64,000 bases of DNA, taken from assembly GCA_964016885.1 (NCBI GenBank), contig OZ024742.1, positions 217,868,001 through 217,932,000 on the forward strand, read 5' to 3'. This document shows, one piece after another, positions 23,092-34,500 of this stretch; position 1 is the first letter of the stretch, and the number at the start of each line of letters is the position of its first letter. This DNA comes from Eledone cirrhosa (taxonomy: Eukaryota). The translations under genes were made by a program, and so were the position numbers. The notes under the pieces are model-generated. The model had not been told where the DNA came from. It did no database searches and saw only the letters and a list, made by a program, of their open reading frames with translations.

Positions 23092-26000
23092 ATGGCTGGT
23101 TTACGAGTTGGAACCGTGAATGTGCGTGGCCTAGGGATGCCCTGGAAACAGGGCCAACTTTTAAACGACCTTAGGTCACACAGTATGGATGTGATAGCCA
23201 TCACCGAGTCCAGAATCCACAACAGGCAGCAACTAACCCCCATCTTCGACGACTTTGAGATCTACGCATCTCTCTGTCAGCCAGGAGGTGGAGGTGGAGT
23301 GGCTGTTATGTTTCGGAAGAACCTGGACGTCGGAGTACAGCAAGTACACTTGGACCCGGAGGGTAGACTGGTAGTCCTAGACGTGAACAGTATCGGAGGT
23401 GGAGCCTTCAGACTAGTGGCCGTTTATGCCCCGACCGGGCAATCGCAATCACGGCCAGACTTCTTGAAGCGTCTAGAGTCTTTTCTGGGAACGTCTCGCT
23501 CCTTACTTTTAGTGGGGGACTGGAATGGTATCCTAGATGCACGATGGGACTATGTGGGAGCATGTCCCAGTAGAGCGGGGTGCAACAGCCTCAAAACTTT
23601 AATCGGCCAATTCCAACTGGCCGATAGGTATCGACTGGATTTACCGACTGCACCACAGTGGACGTGGGTAAACCGCAGTGGGACATCTAGATCGTATTTA
23701 GATAGGTTCTTCATTAGAGAAAGGGACAAGGATATGTTAAGCTGTCCACGAATGCACATGGTTGCCTATTCAGATCACAAGTTAATCGTCTGCTTAGTCA
23801 ACCGTGATAGAATACATAGACAGGGTCCCGGATACTGGAAGCTGAACGTGTCGTTGCCGGCACGTAAAGCTTACAGTGAACGGATAAGTAAACTAGTCAA
23901 GCAACAGTTAACGGGAGCCATCGTCAACAATAGATGGTGGTACTCTCTCAAGAAAGCAATTAGAATAGAATCGATAGGGTATAGCAGAGAGTTAGCCTTA
24001 GAGAAAAACAGAATAGAAAGAGAACTAGTAGCCAAGGTAGAGGAGGCACTTAGAAGTGGCAACGCGGCTAGAGTGTTAGCGTCGAGAACGGCACTGGACC
24101 AGTTCTTCGATGCGAAACACGAAGGCTGCGTGGTCAGAAGCAAAACACGTGCTCTAGGAAACGAAGGAGCGAAAGCTGTCAGCTGGGCCCGAGTGGCGGA
24201 GGCAAAAAGTGGCAACAAGTCCACGATTCGGTCTTTGAAAGACCAAAACGGACGCGTGCTACTTGACCCCAAGCAAATGTGCGCGGCCTTTCAGCGGCAC
24301 TTTGCGCGACTGTTTGAGCAGAACGACGGTGAGCCGAACGGGGCAATGGACTTTAGTTCATACCTCGACGGCCTGCCGCGTCTCTCGAACACGGACGCCG
24401 AGTTCTGCGAAAGACCGATCACGGACACTGAGATACGGGACGCTCTGGGCCGCTGCGGGAAACGCAAGTCACCCGGTCTAGATGGTCTACCCTACGAATT
24501 TTACATAGGCATGCCGGACTTGTTCTCTGGCGTCCTCGAAGCCGTCTACTGCAATTGGCAGCAGAACGGGAGAATTCCCAGTTCTGCAGGCAAGGGCGTA
24601 GTAACGCTGATCAGGAAAGACGAGAACAAGGGGGACGAAATTAACAACTTCAGGCCCATAACTCTGCTCAACACAGAGTTAAAGATTTTGGCCAAGGTGC
24701 TAGCGACGAGGTTGGCGCTTGTCGTCGAGAACCTGGTAGGGAAAGCGCAAACGTGTGCAATCCCGACCAGGTCCATACACGACAACCTCCACCTCATGCG
24801 ATACATCATAGAGAGGGTGGGTAGTAAACCCGGCTTCGGTGGGGCTCTGATCAACTTGGATCAGTCTAAGGCATTCGATAGGGTCGACCATCGATACTTG
24901 GAAGCGGTTCTCAAGGCGGCCGGTTTCGGTCCCGTGTTCAGAGGATGGATCGAGGCGATGCACACCAGCATCTGCTCGAGGGTCAAGGTGAACGGCTACC
25001 TATCGGAGCCGTTCGCAATCACGCGTTCCATTCGACAGGGATGCCCTCTCTCCTCCATTCTGTATGTATTGACTCTAGAGCCACTACTGCGGAAATTGGA
25101 GCTGTTGCAGGGCATCCCCCTAGAACCGGGACTGCGCAAAGCGGCGTCGGCTTATGCCGACAACGTGACTGTAATGGTGTCGAGCACCTCGGAAATCGGG
25201 GTGATCGGCAACATACTGAAAGAATACGAAACGCTGACGGGAGCAAAACTAAACCCAGACAAGTCTGTCGGTTTGCAACTCGGTACGTGGAGAGGCAAAC
25301 CGATGACATCCGACAGCGTCGTTGGACGCTGGACGGACGGACCGGTGAAATTGCTCGGGGTCTGGTTCGGTCCAGACCTCCAGGTGGAGAAAAACTGGAA
25401 CGAGGTCACGGCCAAGGTGTTTGCACTCACTCAGAAGTGGGCAGAGTGCAAACTGTCCTTGAAAGGTCGAGCGGAGGTGGCGAACACTTTCATAGCGTCC
25501 GTCATCTACTACCGCTTGACTGTCGTGCCTTGTCCCCGTGAACACCTCGCCAAGATGGAACGCATGCTCTTCCAGTTTCTGTGGAAGAAGCAGGCTCCCC
25601 TGGTGAGGAGATCCGTCTGCTGTCAGCACCCTTCCAACGGAGGGCTGGGAATGCCGTGGCTGATGATGCGCAAACATGCGCTGAGGCTGCGGCATCTCCA
25701 GGTATTCCTCACCGACCCCCAACCGGTGTGGGCACCGTTTGTGAGACAGGCTTTCCCACAGCTCGTCTCGCCAACGGAGCTGCAGTCCTGGGTGAAAAAA
25801 AGACCGAAAACGATGGGCGCCTGGCACATTGAATGCGCTCAGGCGCTCACAGTCCTCTGGCAAGCGGGCGCAGCAATCAGTGGAGACTCCACTTCGACAT
25901 TCTATAGAGGGATTGTACGTTACAAGGGCGACGACGTGCTCGGAGAGACTCTGGGCGTCGAAGACGATGAGCTCACCAGTATGTTTGGTAGGACTTTCCG

Positions 26001-26538
26001 CCCGGGACCTATGGACAACTTCCAGAGGTCCCTGGCCTGGCAGTGCTACCGAGGAGCTCTACCGGTTCGTGACAAGATCTACAGGCACGGACGCCCTGGC
26101 AGGGATCCTTCCAAGAGGACGTGTCCAAGATGTGCGCAGGACATTGAAACAGTTCTGCACGCAATTGTACACTGCCCGGGCGTAAGCGACCTGTGGAACT
26201 ATGCAGAACAACTGCTGTCGCGTATGGGACAAATACAGTTGACTGCCGAGTCCATAGTAAGGATCAAACCGCCAGACTCTTTCAAAAACGAAAGAGAGGC
26301 GGTTTTCCTCTGTACGGTGGCTATGGTGAAAGAAGTTATATGGTGGACGAGGTTGAGAGGACTGAGGACAGATGCCTTTCTCTCCGGACAACAATTGATT
26401 CCCTTCTTTAAGTATCACTTTAGAAGGAGAATCAGGGTGGAGAGAGAGGCACTGCACCCCAGTAAATTTACTGAAAGGTGGGTGAATGAAGCGAAAATGG
26501 CCCGAGTGATTGGGCCTTCTCTGTTTATAAGCCTGTAG
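23092..26538 (+). CDS. ORF2 APE endonuclease plus RT plus C-terminal Zn knuckle (RT active site YADN)
   Basis: NVRGL, GDWN, SRSYLDR, SDH (APE); KSPGLDGLP, RPITLLN, LDQSKAFDRV, RQGCPLS (RT); CPRC...HAIVHC. Confidence 0.95.
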   Translation: MAGLRVGTVNVRGLGMPWKQGQLLNDLRSHSMDVIAITESRIHNRQQLTPIFDDFEIYASLCQPGGGGGVAVMFRKNLDVGVQQVHLDPEGRLVVLDVNSIGGGAFRLVAVYAPTGQSQSRPDFLKRLESFLGTSRSLLLVGDWNGILDARWDYVGACPSRAGCNSLKTLIGQFQLADRYRLDLPTAPQWTWVNRSGTSRSYLDRFFIRERDKDMLSCPRMHMVAYSDHKLIVCLVNRDRIHRQGPGYWKLNVSLPARKAYSERISKLVKQQLTGAIVNNRWWYSLKKAIRIESIGYSRELALEKNRIERELVAKVEEALRSGNAARVLASRTALDQFFDAKHEGCVVRSKTRALGNEGAKAVSWARVAEAKSGNKSTIRSLKDQNGRVLLDPKQMCAAFQRHFARLFEQNDGEPNGAMDFSSYLDGLPRLSNTDAEFCERPITDTEIRDALGRCGKRKSPGLDGLPYEFYIGMPDLFSGVLEAVYCNWQQNGRIPSSAGKGVVTLIRKDENKGDEINNFRPITLLNTELKILAKVLATRLALVVENLVGKAQTCAIPTRSIHDNLHLMRYIIERVGSKPGFGGALINLDQSKAFDRVDHRYLEAVLKAAGFGPVFRGWIEAMHTSICSRVKVNGYLSEPFAITRSIRQGCPLSSILYVLTLEPLLRKLELLQGIPLEPGLRKAASAYADNVTVMVSSTSEIGVIGNILKEYETLTGAKLNPDKSVGLQLGTWRGKPMTSDSVVGRWTDGPVKLLGVWFGPDLQVEKNWNEVTAKVFALTQKWAECKLSLKGRAEVANTFIASVIYYRLTVVPCPREHLAKMERMLFQFLWKKQAPLVRRSVCCQHPSNGGLGMPWLMMRKHALRLRHLQVFLTDPQPVWAPFVRQAFPQLVSPTELQSWVKKRPKTMGAWHIECAQALTVLWQAGAAISGDSTSTFYRGIVRYKGDDVLGETLGVEDDELTSMFGRTFRPGPMDNFQRSLAWQCYRGALPVRDKIYRHGRPGRDPSKRTCPRCAQDIETVLHAIVHCPGVSDLWNYAEQLLSRMGQIQLTAESIVRIKPPDSFKNEREAVFLCTVAMVKEVIWWTRLRGLRTDAFLSGQQLIPFFKYHFRRRIRVEREALHPSKFTERWVNEAKMARVIGPSLFISL

Positions 26539-26771
26539 GTTGAGGAAGAGAGCAAAAGGAAGAAAGGAGCACTTGCACAACACGCTCCTGGAGTTGAGGG
26601 TTGTTCTATCGACGGGGTATTAAACAACCCATTTGTGGCGCCTCCCCCCTATTGGGGATTTCGATTGTTGAAATTGTTTGTTTTTATATTTTTTACACGA
26701 CTGTATGTAAAATCCCCGGCATGTCTTTGTATTGTCCCCTTTCTTGTTGCGCCCTTGTGGCTAATAAAGAA

Positions 26772-26841
<70 letters not shown>

Positions 26842-26843
<2 letters not shown>

Positions 26844-29463
26844 GTTAGCTGGGCCCGCGTGACAGAGGCCAACAGTGGAACTAAATCCACCATCCGGTCT
26901 TTGCGAGACCTGGATGGACGGGCGATTCTTGAGCCTAGGCAGATGTGTGAGGCCTTTCAAAGGCACTTTGCCCGACTGTTCGGGAGGGGCGGGGAGCCGG
27001 TTGGGAACGTGGACTTCGGTCCATACCTCGACGGCCTTCCGCGCCTCTCGGACAGGGAGGCGAAGTCCTGCGAGGAGCCGATTTCGGCCGCTGAGATAGA
27101 GGACGTGCTGAGCCAATGCGGCAAACGCAAATCCCCGGGTCTCGATGGTCTTCCTTACGAATTATATCTAGCTATGCCGGACTTGTTCCCTGATCTCCTC
27201 GAGGCGGTCTACTGCAACTGGCAACAGAACGGGAGAATTCCCTGTACTGTGACCAAGGGCGTAGTCACGCTAGTGAGGAAGGACGAGAACAAGGGGGACG
27301 AAATAAGTAACTTCAGGCCCATAACTCTGCTAAATACAGAGTTACAGATTTTGGCCAAGGTGCTAGAAAAGAGGTTGGCGCTTGTCGTGGGCAACCTGGT
27401 GGGAGATGCGCAGACATGCGCTATCCCGTTAGGTCCATCCATGACAACCTCCACCTCATGCGATACATCATAGAGAGGGTTGGGAACGAACCCGGCTTTG
27501 GTGGGGCTCTGATCAACTTGGATCAATCTAAGGCGTTCGATAGGGTCGACCATGGTTACCTGGATGCGGTGCTAGCGGCGGCAGGCTTCGGACCCGTTTT
27601 CAGGGGCTGGATCACTGCTATGCACAGCAGCCGCATCTGCTCTAGGGTCAAGGTGAACGGCTACCTCTCGGAGCCGTTCAAAATCGCGCGGTCCATCCGA
27701 CAAGGGTGCCCTCTCTCCTCCCTTCTGTATGTGTTGACTCTCGAGCCACTACTGCGGAAGTTGGAGTTGTTGCAGGGCATCCCTTTGGAACCGGGATTGC
27801 GGAAAGCGGTGTCGGCCTACGCCGATGACGTGACAGTAATGGTGTCGACGGCCTCCGAAATCGAGGCGGTCGGCACCTTACTGGAGGAGTACGAAAAGTT
27901 CACAGGGGCTAAGCTGAACCGGGACAAGTCGATCGGTTTGCAACTCGGCGCGTGGAGGGGCAGACCGATGCCCTCCGATGGCGTCGTCGGACGCTGGACG
28001 GAGGGCCCGGTGAAGTTGCTCGGGGTCTGGTTCGGACCGGACCTCCAGGTGGAGAAAAACTGGGCGGAGGTTACGAACAGGGTGTTTGCACTGACCCAGA
28101 AGTGGGCCAGTTGCAAACTATCCCTGAAAGGTCGGGCGGAGGTGGCGAACACCTACATAGCGTCCGTCATCTACTACCGCCTGACCGTAGTGCCCTGCCC
28201 AAGGGAAACCCTCACCAAGATGGAGCGGGCGCTCTTCCAATTCCTTTGGAAGAGGCGGGCTCCTATGGTGAGGAGATCCATCTGCTGTCAACACCCTTCG
28301 AAAGGAGGGCTGGGGATGCCGTGGCTAATGATGCGTAAACACGCATTAAGGCTACGGCACCTCTACGTATTCCTCACCGGACAACCGGTGTGGGCCTCGT
28401 TTGTGAGACGAACCTTTCCCAGACTCGTCTCACTCACCGAGCTGCAATCCTGGGTCAAGCAAAGACCGAGAAAACTGGGCGCCTGGCACACTGAGTGTGC
28501 CCAGGCGCTCACCGCCCTCTGGCAGGCGGATCCGGTTATCAGTGGAGACTCCACCGCAACATTCTATAGAGGGCTGGTACGCAGCAGGTGCGACGACGCC
28601 CTCGGAGAAGCCCTAGACATGGAGGAGGACGAACTGGCCAGCCTGTTCGGTAGGACATTCAGCCCGGGACCTATGGACAACTTCCAGAAGTCCCTGGCCT
28701 GGCAGTGCTACCGAGGGGCTTTACCCGTTCGAGAAAGGCTCTACAGACACGGGCGCCCGGGTAGGGACCCCGCCAAAAAGATCTGTCCCAGATGCGTGTG
28801 CGACGAGGAAACCGTTGCACACGCATTGGTACACTGCTCGGGCGTAGCCGATCTGTGGGGCTATGTCGAACAACTGCTGTCAAGGGTGGGACCGATCCGG
28901 TTGACCACCGAGTCTATTGTAATGATCAAGCCGCCTCCCCCCTTCAAAGATGAAGCAGAGGCGGTGTTTCTGTGCGTAATAGCCATGGCGAAAGAGGTTG
29001 TATGGTGGACGCGTCTGAAAGGACTGAGGTCAGGCACCTTTCTCTCTGGCCAACAACTGGTCCGTTTCTTCCGATTTCATTTCGGAAGAAGGATCAGGAT
29101 GGAGAGAGAGGTGCTGCACCCCAGCCGTTTTTATGAAAGGTGGGTGAAAGTGGCGAGAATGGCCCGTGTGAATGGGCCTTCTCTTTACATAAGCCTGTAG
29201 GTGGAAAAGAGGAAGGAACGAGGGAGCACCCCCTCTCTGTGCTCCTGAGGAAAAGGGTTGCACACTTTTTTCGGGGGTGTGTGCGACCCCCCAAGGCGCC
29301 TCCTCTCTATTGAGGATTTTGTTAAAAATTTTATTTTTTGTTATATCTTATTTTATTTTTATATTTTGTTATTGCCTCCTCCTTATTGAGGACGCCTTTT
29401 TGTGTAAACTCCCCCCTTTGTACTTGTCCCACTTTTGATGCCCTAGTGGCAAATAAAAGAAAC
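26842..29463 (+). mobile_element. 5'-truncated Tx1 family B copy (B0) with an ORF2 frameshift near 27430
   Basis: Starts mid-ORF2 directly after (TATC)n; cccgttagg versus cccgtccagg in intact copies. Confidence 0.95.
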
Positions 29464-29753
29464 TTATCTATCTATTAATCTATCTATCTATCTATCTCTG
29501 GGATGGACACACGCGTATAACTTGCTGAGTAAGTTCTGTTTAAATTTCTATAGAAATTCTTGTCTGATAACTTTAATTTTTGTACCATTTTGTAGAGGGA
29601 CTGCCAGGTCAAACTTTGATCTGGTCAGTCTCTCAAAATATTCTACGCCTTTAGGCGAAATAGTTAAAAAAAAAGTTTTTTCTTGTTGAAAAGTCAATAT
29701 TTTTTTAAATGGCCGAAGCTTCTTCACCAAAATTCGAAGGAGGAAAGGGGTAG

Positions 29754-31502
29754 ATGAACTTACAGCTTCCCCCTGCCACTGTCACAGTAGCAGAGGTCAA
29801 GAAGATAGGTCAGCCAGAGGAAGAATTCTCTCCACCTGTTAACCGACAACTTGACGTTGCCATGGCAACAACCCAAAGAACCAGCAGCAACAGCAACAAC
29901 AACAACAATGCGACGGACGAAAACAACACCAATAACAATAACAATAACAACAACAACAAGACCAATAACGGTGACAACAACAACAATGATAACAACAACA
30001 CCACCAACGACAACAACAACACAAACAAACAAAATTTCTCCTTCGCCGAGACGACAAGGAAAACCCTCGACTATCTACCAGTAGATATAACAAAAGCGAA
30101 GGAGCTACTGGCGGATGCGAAAAAATATATAGTGTACGGGGAAAATGGTTCATTCACAATCCATTCCCCCCCGGAACTAAAAAGCCAGAGACTCCTAAAC
30201 ACGGTCATGTTTAGGACAATCTCGAACAAAAGTAAAAAACCAGCTCAACCATCACAGAGCGAGATAGAGCTGGTTTTAAAAGACGTCATGAAGGACATCA
30301 CCTTCATTCAGAAGGATAGACTCTACGGGAGTCTATCCATTCTCATGAAGGACAGGGACACAGCAGTGAAACTGTCCATCAAACCAATCACATCCACCGC
30401 ATACACCTTCTACCCTACGTACATGGGTAGAAGAACACAACAAATAAAAATCCACACCATCCTGCCGATTATGGACATATGGTGGGTTTTGACAGGTTTT
30501 CTGGACCTGGAGGATGACATGCTGGTGTCCATGGGAAAGGCATCGGGTGACGCGTTCAGTGGAACGAGCCTCGAACTTGTAGTTCAAATGAGGCCCGAAA
30601 GGATCGCCCAGATCCCTGAACGCGTCATACTGGATGATCTAACCTTCATCAACATTACCGTTGAGGGTAGACGGCCCTCGTGTTACCTCTGCGGAACCAG
30701 AGGTCACCTGAGGGCTGTCTGTCCCCAACTTAATAAGAAAACCCCAATCCTGCCTACACCACCAACAACTGCACAACCAACACAATCACCACAACTACCA
30801 CTACAAAAACAACCACCACAGCTCAAACCAAAACAAAACAATGTCCAACCCATCCCCTCCACTCAAAAAACAAAAACAATTTCCAAAACACCCGTACCGC
30901 AAACACAACCCGAAAATATACCCCTCCCCTCCAACGCGGAAGATGACCCTAGTTCGTCGTCAGACGAGGAGGAGCACTTCCACACAATCAAAAGAAAAAA
31001 AAGAAAACACACCTCAGACACACAAATGAAAAAAAACCCTCCCCAAAACATAACACTGACACCAACACAAAAGAGCTCACAACAACAGCAAACAAAAAAC
31101 ACCACACAAAAACAAAAACATGCATACACATACATAAATACAAGAAACAAAAAACTGTTAAACATTGTGTACAACAACAATCTAATAAAAACACAAGGGC
31201 CTAACTTCACCCAGGCAGGGGATTTCCCCCACCTCAAAATGATTAAGGCCCCACAGGACACCTATAAAACTTTAAAAAACAATTTTAAAGAGGACGTGGG
31301 TCCCCCCTGCGTCGGGCCCATTAACCGCGTCCTCCTAAAAAACTATCCCACCCCCTCCCCAAACACCCACACAACTCCAAGCTCCCCAACCACACATCAC
31401 ACTGATGCCCCCACACTTCCACAAACCACCACCCCACCCAACAACCCATCCCCCACCCTAATGGAAATTGTGCAGCCCGATACCCGGGACGCAGAGAGGT
31501 AA
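29754..31502 (+). CDS. ORF1 (582 aa, CCHC knuckle)
   Basis: CYLCGTRGHLRAVC; poly-N N-terminal region. Confidence 0.9.
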   Translation: MNLQLPPATVTVAEVKKIGQPEEEFSPPVNRQLDVAMATTQRTSSNSNNNNNATDENNTNNNNNNNNNKTNNGDNNNNDNNNTTNDNNNTNKQNFSFAETTRKTLDYLPVDITKAKELLADAKKYIVYGENGSFTIHSPPELKSQRLLNTVMFRTISNKSKKPAQPSQSEIELVLKDVMKDITFIQKDRLYGSLSILMKDRDTAVKLSIKPITSTAYTFYPTYMGRRTQQIKIHTILPIMDIWWVLTGFLDLEDDMLVSMGKASGDAFSGTSLELVVQMRPERIAQIPERVILDDLTFINITVEGRRPSCYLCGTRGHLRAVCPQLNKKTPILPTPPTTAQPTQSPQLPLQKQPPQLKPKQNNVQPIPSTQKTKTISKTPVPQTQPENIPLPSNAEDDPSSSSDEEEHFHTIKRKKRKHTSDTQMKKNPPQNITLTPTQKSSQQQQTKNTTQKQKHAYTYINTRNKKLLNIVYNNNLIKTQGPNFTQAGDFPHLKMIKAPQDTYKTLKNNFKEDVGPPCVGPINRVLLKNYPTPSPNTHTTPSSPTTHHTDAPTLPQTTTPPNNPSPTLMEIVQPDTRDAER

Positions 31503-31526
31503 GTGCCTTTTCTCTTCACCACCAAC

Positions 31527-34500
31527 ATGGCTATGCTAAGAGTAGGCTGTTTAAATGCGCGTGGCCTGGGCTCAACTTGGAAGCAAGCAATGCTTCTAAA
31601 TGACCTCAGGTCACAACGTATAGATGTGATGGTTATTTGCGAGGCCCGGATCAGCAACGTGCGACAGCTGGCCCCCGCCTTTGATGACTTTGAGATGCAC
31701 GCATCTCTCTGTCAGCCCGGAGGCGGGGGTGGAGTTGTCGTTCTGCTGCAAAAACATCTGGGTCTCGCAACACAGATGGTACATTTGGACCCGGAGGGTC
31801 GACTAGTGGTTCTGGACCTTGGCAGTGGTAAAGGCGGAGCGTTTAGGTTGGTAGCCGCCTACGGCCCTTTCGGGTCAATGCGGCCGGACTTCTTCCATCG
31901 TCTGGAGACTTTTCTAGGGACGTCCCGCTCCTTGCTATTAGTGGGGGACTGGAATGGTATCCTAGATGCACGCTGGGACTACGTAGGGGCCTGCCCCGAT
32001 AGCGAGGGGTGTAATAGCCTCAAAGGGTTAATCGGTCGATTTGACCTGGCCGATAGATATCGACTAGATTTTCCGACTGCGCCAACCTGGACTTGGGCAA
32101 ATCGTAGCGGATCATCTAGGTCGTACCTAGATAGGTTCTTAGTTAGAATTAAGGATAAGGACTTTTTAAGTTGTCCAAAAATGCGCATGGTTGGCTATTC
32201 AGACCACAAATTAGTGACCTGCATGGTCAACCTTGACAGAACTCATAGACAGGGCCCCGGTTACTGGAAGCTCAACTTGTCCTTGCCGGCAAGTAGAGCC
32301 TACAGGAATCGGATTAGTACGTTAGTTAAGGAACGGTTGACTGGAGCGATCGTCAACAGCAGGTGGTGGGTATCTCTAAAGAGAGAGATTAGAGTAGTCT
32401 CGATAGAATTTAGTAAGGTTCTAGCTGCGGATAGGAATAGGAAGGAAAGGGAGCTAATAGATAGAGTAGAAGAGGCAATTAGAAGCGGCGACGTGGCCAG
32501 AGTGCTAGCGTCGAGAACGGCTTTGAGCCAGTTTTTCGACGCGAAGCACGAAGGCTGCGTTGTCCGAAGTAAAATACGTGCTCTAGGGAACGAGGGGACC
32601 AAAGCTGTTAGCTGGGCCCGCGTGACAGAGGCCAACAGTGGAACTAAATCCACCATCCGGTCTTTGCGAGACCTGGATGGACGAGCGATTCTTGAGCCTA
32701 AGCAGATGTGTGAGGCCTTTCAAAGGCACTTTGCCCGACTGTTCGGGAGGGGCGGGGAGCCGGTTGGGAACGTGGACTTCGGTCCATACCTCGACGGCCT
32801 GCCGCGCCTCTCGGACAGGGAGGCGAAGTCCTGCGAGGAGCCGATTTCGGCCGCTGAGATAGAGGACGTGCTGAGCCAATGCGGCAAACGCAAATCCCCG
32901 GGTCTCGATGGTCTTCCTTACGAATTATATCTAGCTATGCCGGACTTGTTCCCTGATCTCCTCGAGGCGGTCTACTGCAACTGGCAACAGAACGGGAGAA
33001 TTCCCTGTACTGTGACCAAGGGCGTAGTCACGCTAGTGAGGAAGGACGAGAACAAGGGGGACGAAATAAGTAACTTCAGGCCCATAACACTGCTAAATAC
33101 AGAGTTACAGATTTTGGCCAAGGTGCTAGCAAAGAGGTTGGCGCTTGTCGTGGGCAACCTGGTGGGAGATGCGCAGACATGCGCTATCCCGTCCAGGTCC
33201 ATCCATGACAACCTCCACCTCATGCGATACATCATAGAGAGGGTTGGGAACGAACCCGGCTTTGGTGGGGCTCTGATCAACTTGGATCAATCTAAGGCGT
33301 TCGATAGGGTCGACCATGGTTACCTGGATGCGGTGCTAGCGGCGGCAGGCTTCGGACCCGTTTTCAGGGGCTGGATCACTGCTATGCACAGCAGCCGCAT
33401 CTGCTCTAGGGTCAAGGTGAACGGCTACCTCTCGGAGCCGTTCAAAATCGCGCGGTCCATCCGACAAGGGTGCCCTCTCTCCTCCCTTCTGTATGTGTTG
33501 ACTCTCGAGCCACTACTGCGGAAGTTGGAGTTGTTGCAGGGCATCCCTTTGGAACCGGGATTGCGGAAAGCGGTGTCGGCCTACGCCGATGACGTGACAG
33601 TAATGGTGTCGACGGCCTCCGAAATCGAGGCGGTCGGCACCTTACTGGAGGAGTACGAAAAGTTCACAGGGGCTAAGCTGAACCGGGACAAGTCGATCGG
33701 TTTGCAACTCGGCACGTGGAGGGGCAGACCGATGCCCTCCGATGGCGTCGTCGGACGCTGGACGGAGGGCCCGGTGAAGTTGCTCGGGGTCTGGTTCGGA
33801 CCGGACCTCCAGGTGGAGAAAAACTGGGCGGAGGTTACGAACAGGGTGTTTGCACTGACCCAGAAGTGGGCCAGTTGCAAACTATCCCTGAAAGGTCGGG
33901 CGGAGGTGGCGAACACCTACATAGCGTCCGTCATCTACTACCGCCTGACCGTAGTGCCCTGCCCAAGGGAAACCCTCACCAAGATGGAGCGCGCGCTCTT
34001 CCAATTCCTTTGGAAGAGGCGGGCTCCTATGGTGAGGAGATCCATCTGCTGTCAACACCCTTCGAAAGGAGGGCTGGGGATGCCGTGGCTAATGATGCGT
34101 AAACACGCATTAAGGCTACGGCACCTCTACGTATTCCTCACCGGACAACCGGTGTGGGCCTCGTTTGTGAGACGAACCTTTCCCAGACTCGTCTCACTCA
34201 CCGAGCTGCAATCCTGGGTCAAGCAAAGACCGAGAAAACTGGGCGCCTGGCACACTGAGTGTGCCCAGGCGCTCACCGCCCTCTGGCAGGCGGATCCGGT
34301 TATCAGTGGAGACTCCACCGCAACATTCTATAGAGGGCTGGTACGCAGCAGGTGCGACGACGCCCTCGGAGAAGCCCTAGACATGGAGGAGGACGAACTG
34401 GCCAGCCTGTTCGGTAGGACATTCAGCCCGGGACCTATGGACAACTTCCAGAAGTCCCTGGCCTGGCAGTGCTACCGAGGGGCTTTACCCGTTCGAGAAA

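Larger units (their letters stand above)
21101..26772 (+). mobile_element. Full-length Tx1/L1-clade non-LTR retrotransposon, family A
   Basis: 5'UTR, ORF1, ORF2 and 3'UTR ending in aataaagaaa; (TATC)n on both sides. Confidence 0.95.

Noticed and set aside
26601-27473. 290-aa ORF
   Set aside because: Chance fusion of the A 3'UTR, (TATC)n and the truncated B0 ORF2.
29240-29275. CTGAGGA in the family B 3'UTR
   Set aside because: No GAAA/UH partner, so not a hammerhead.
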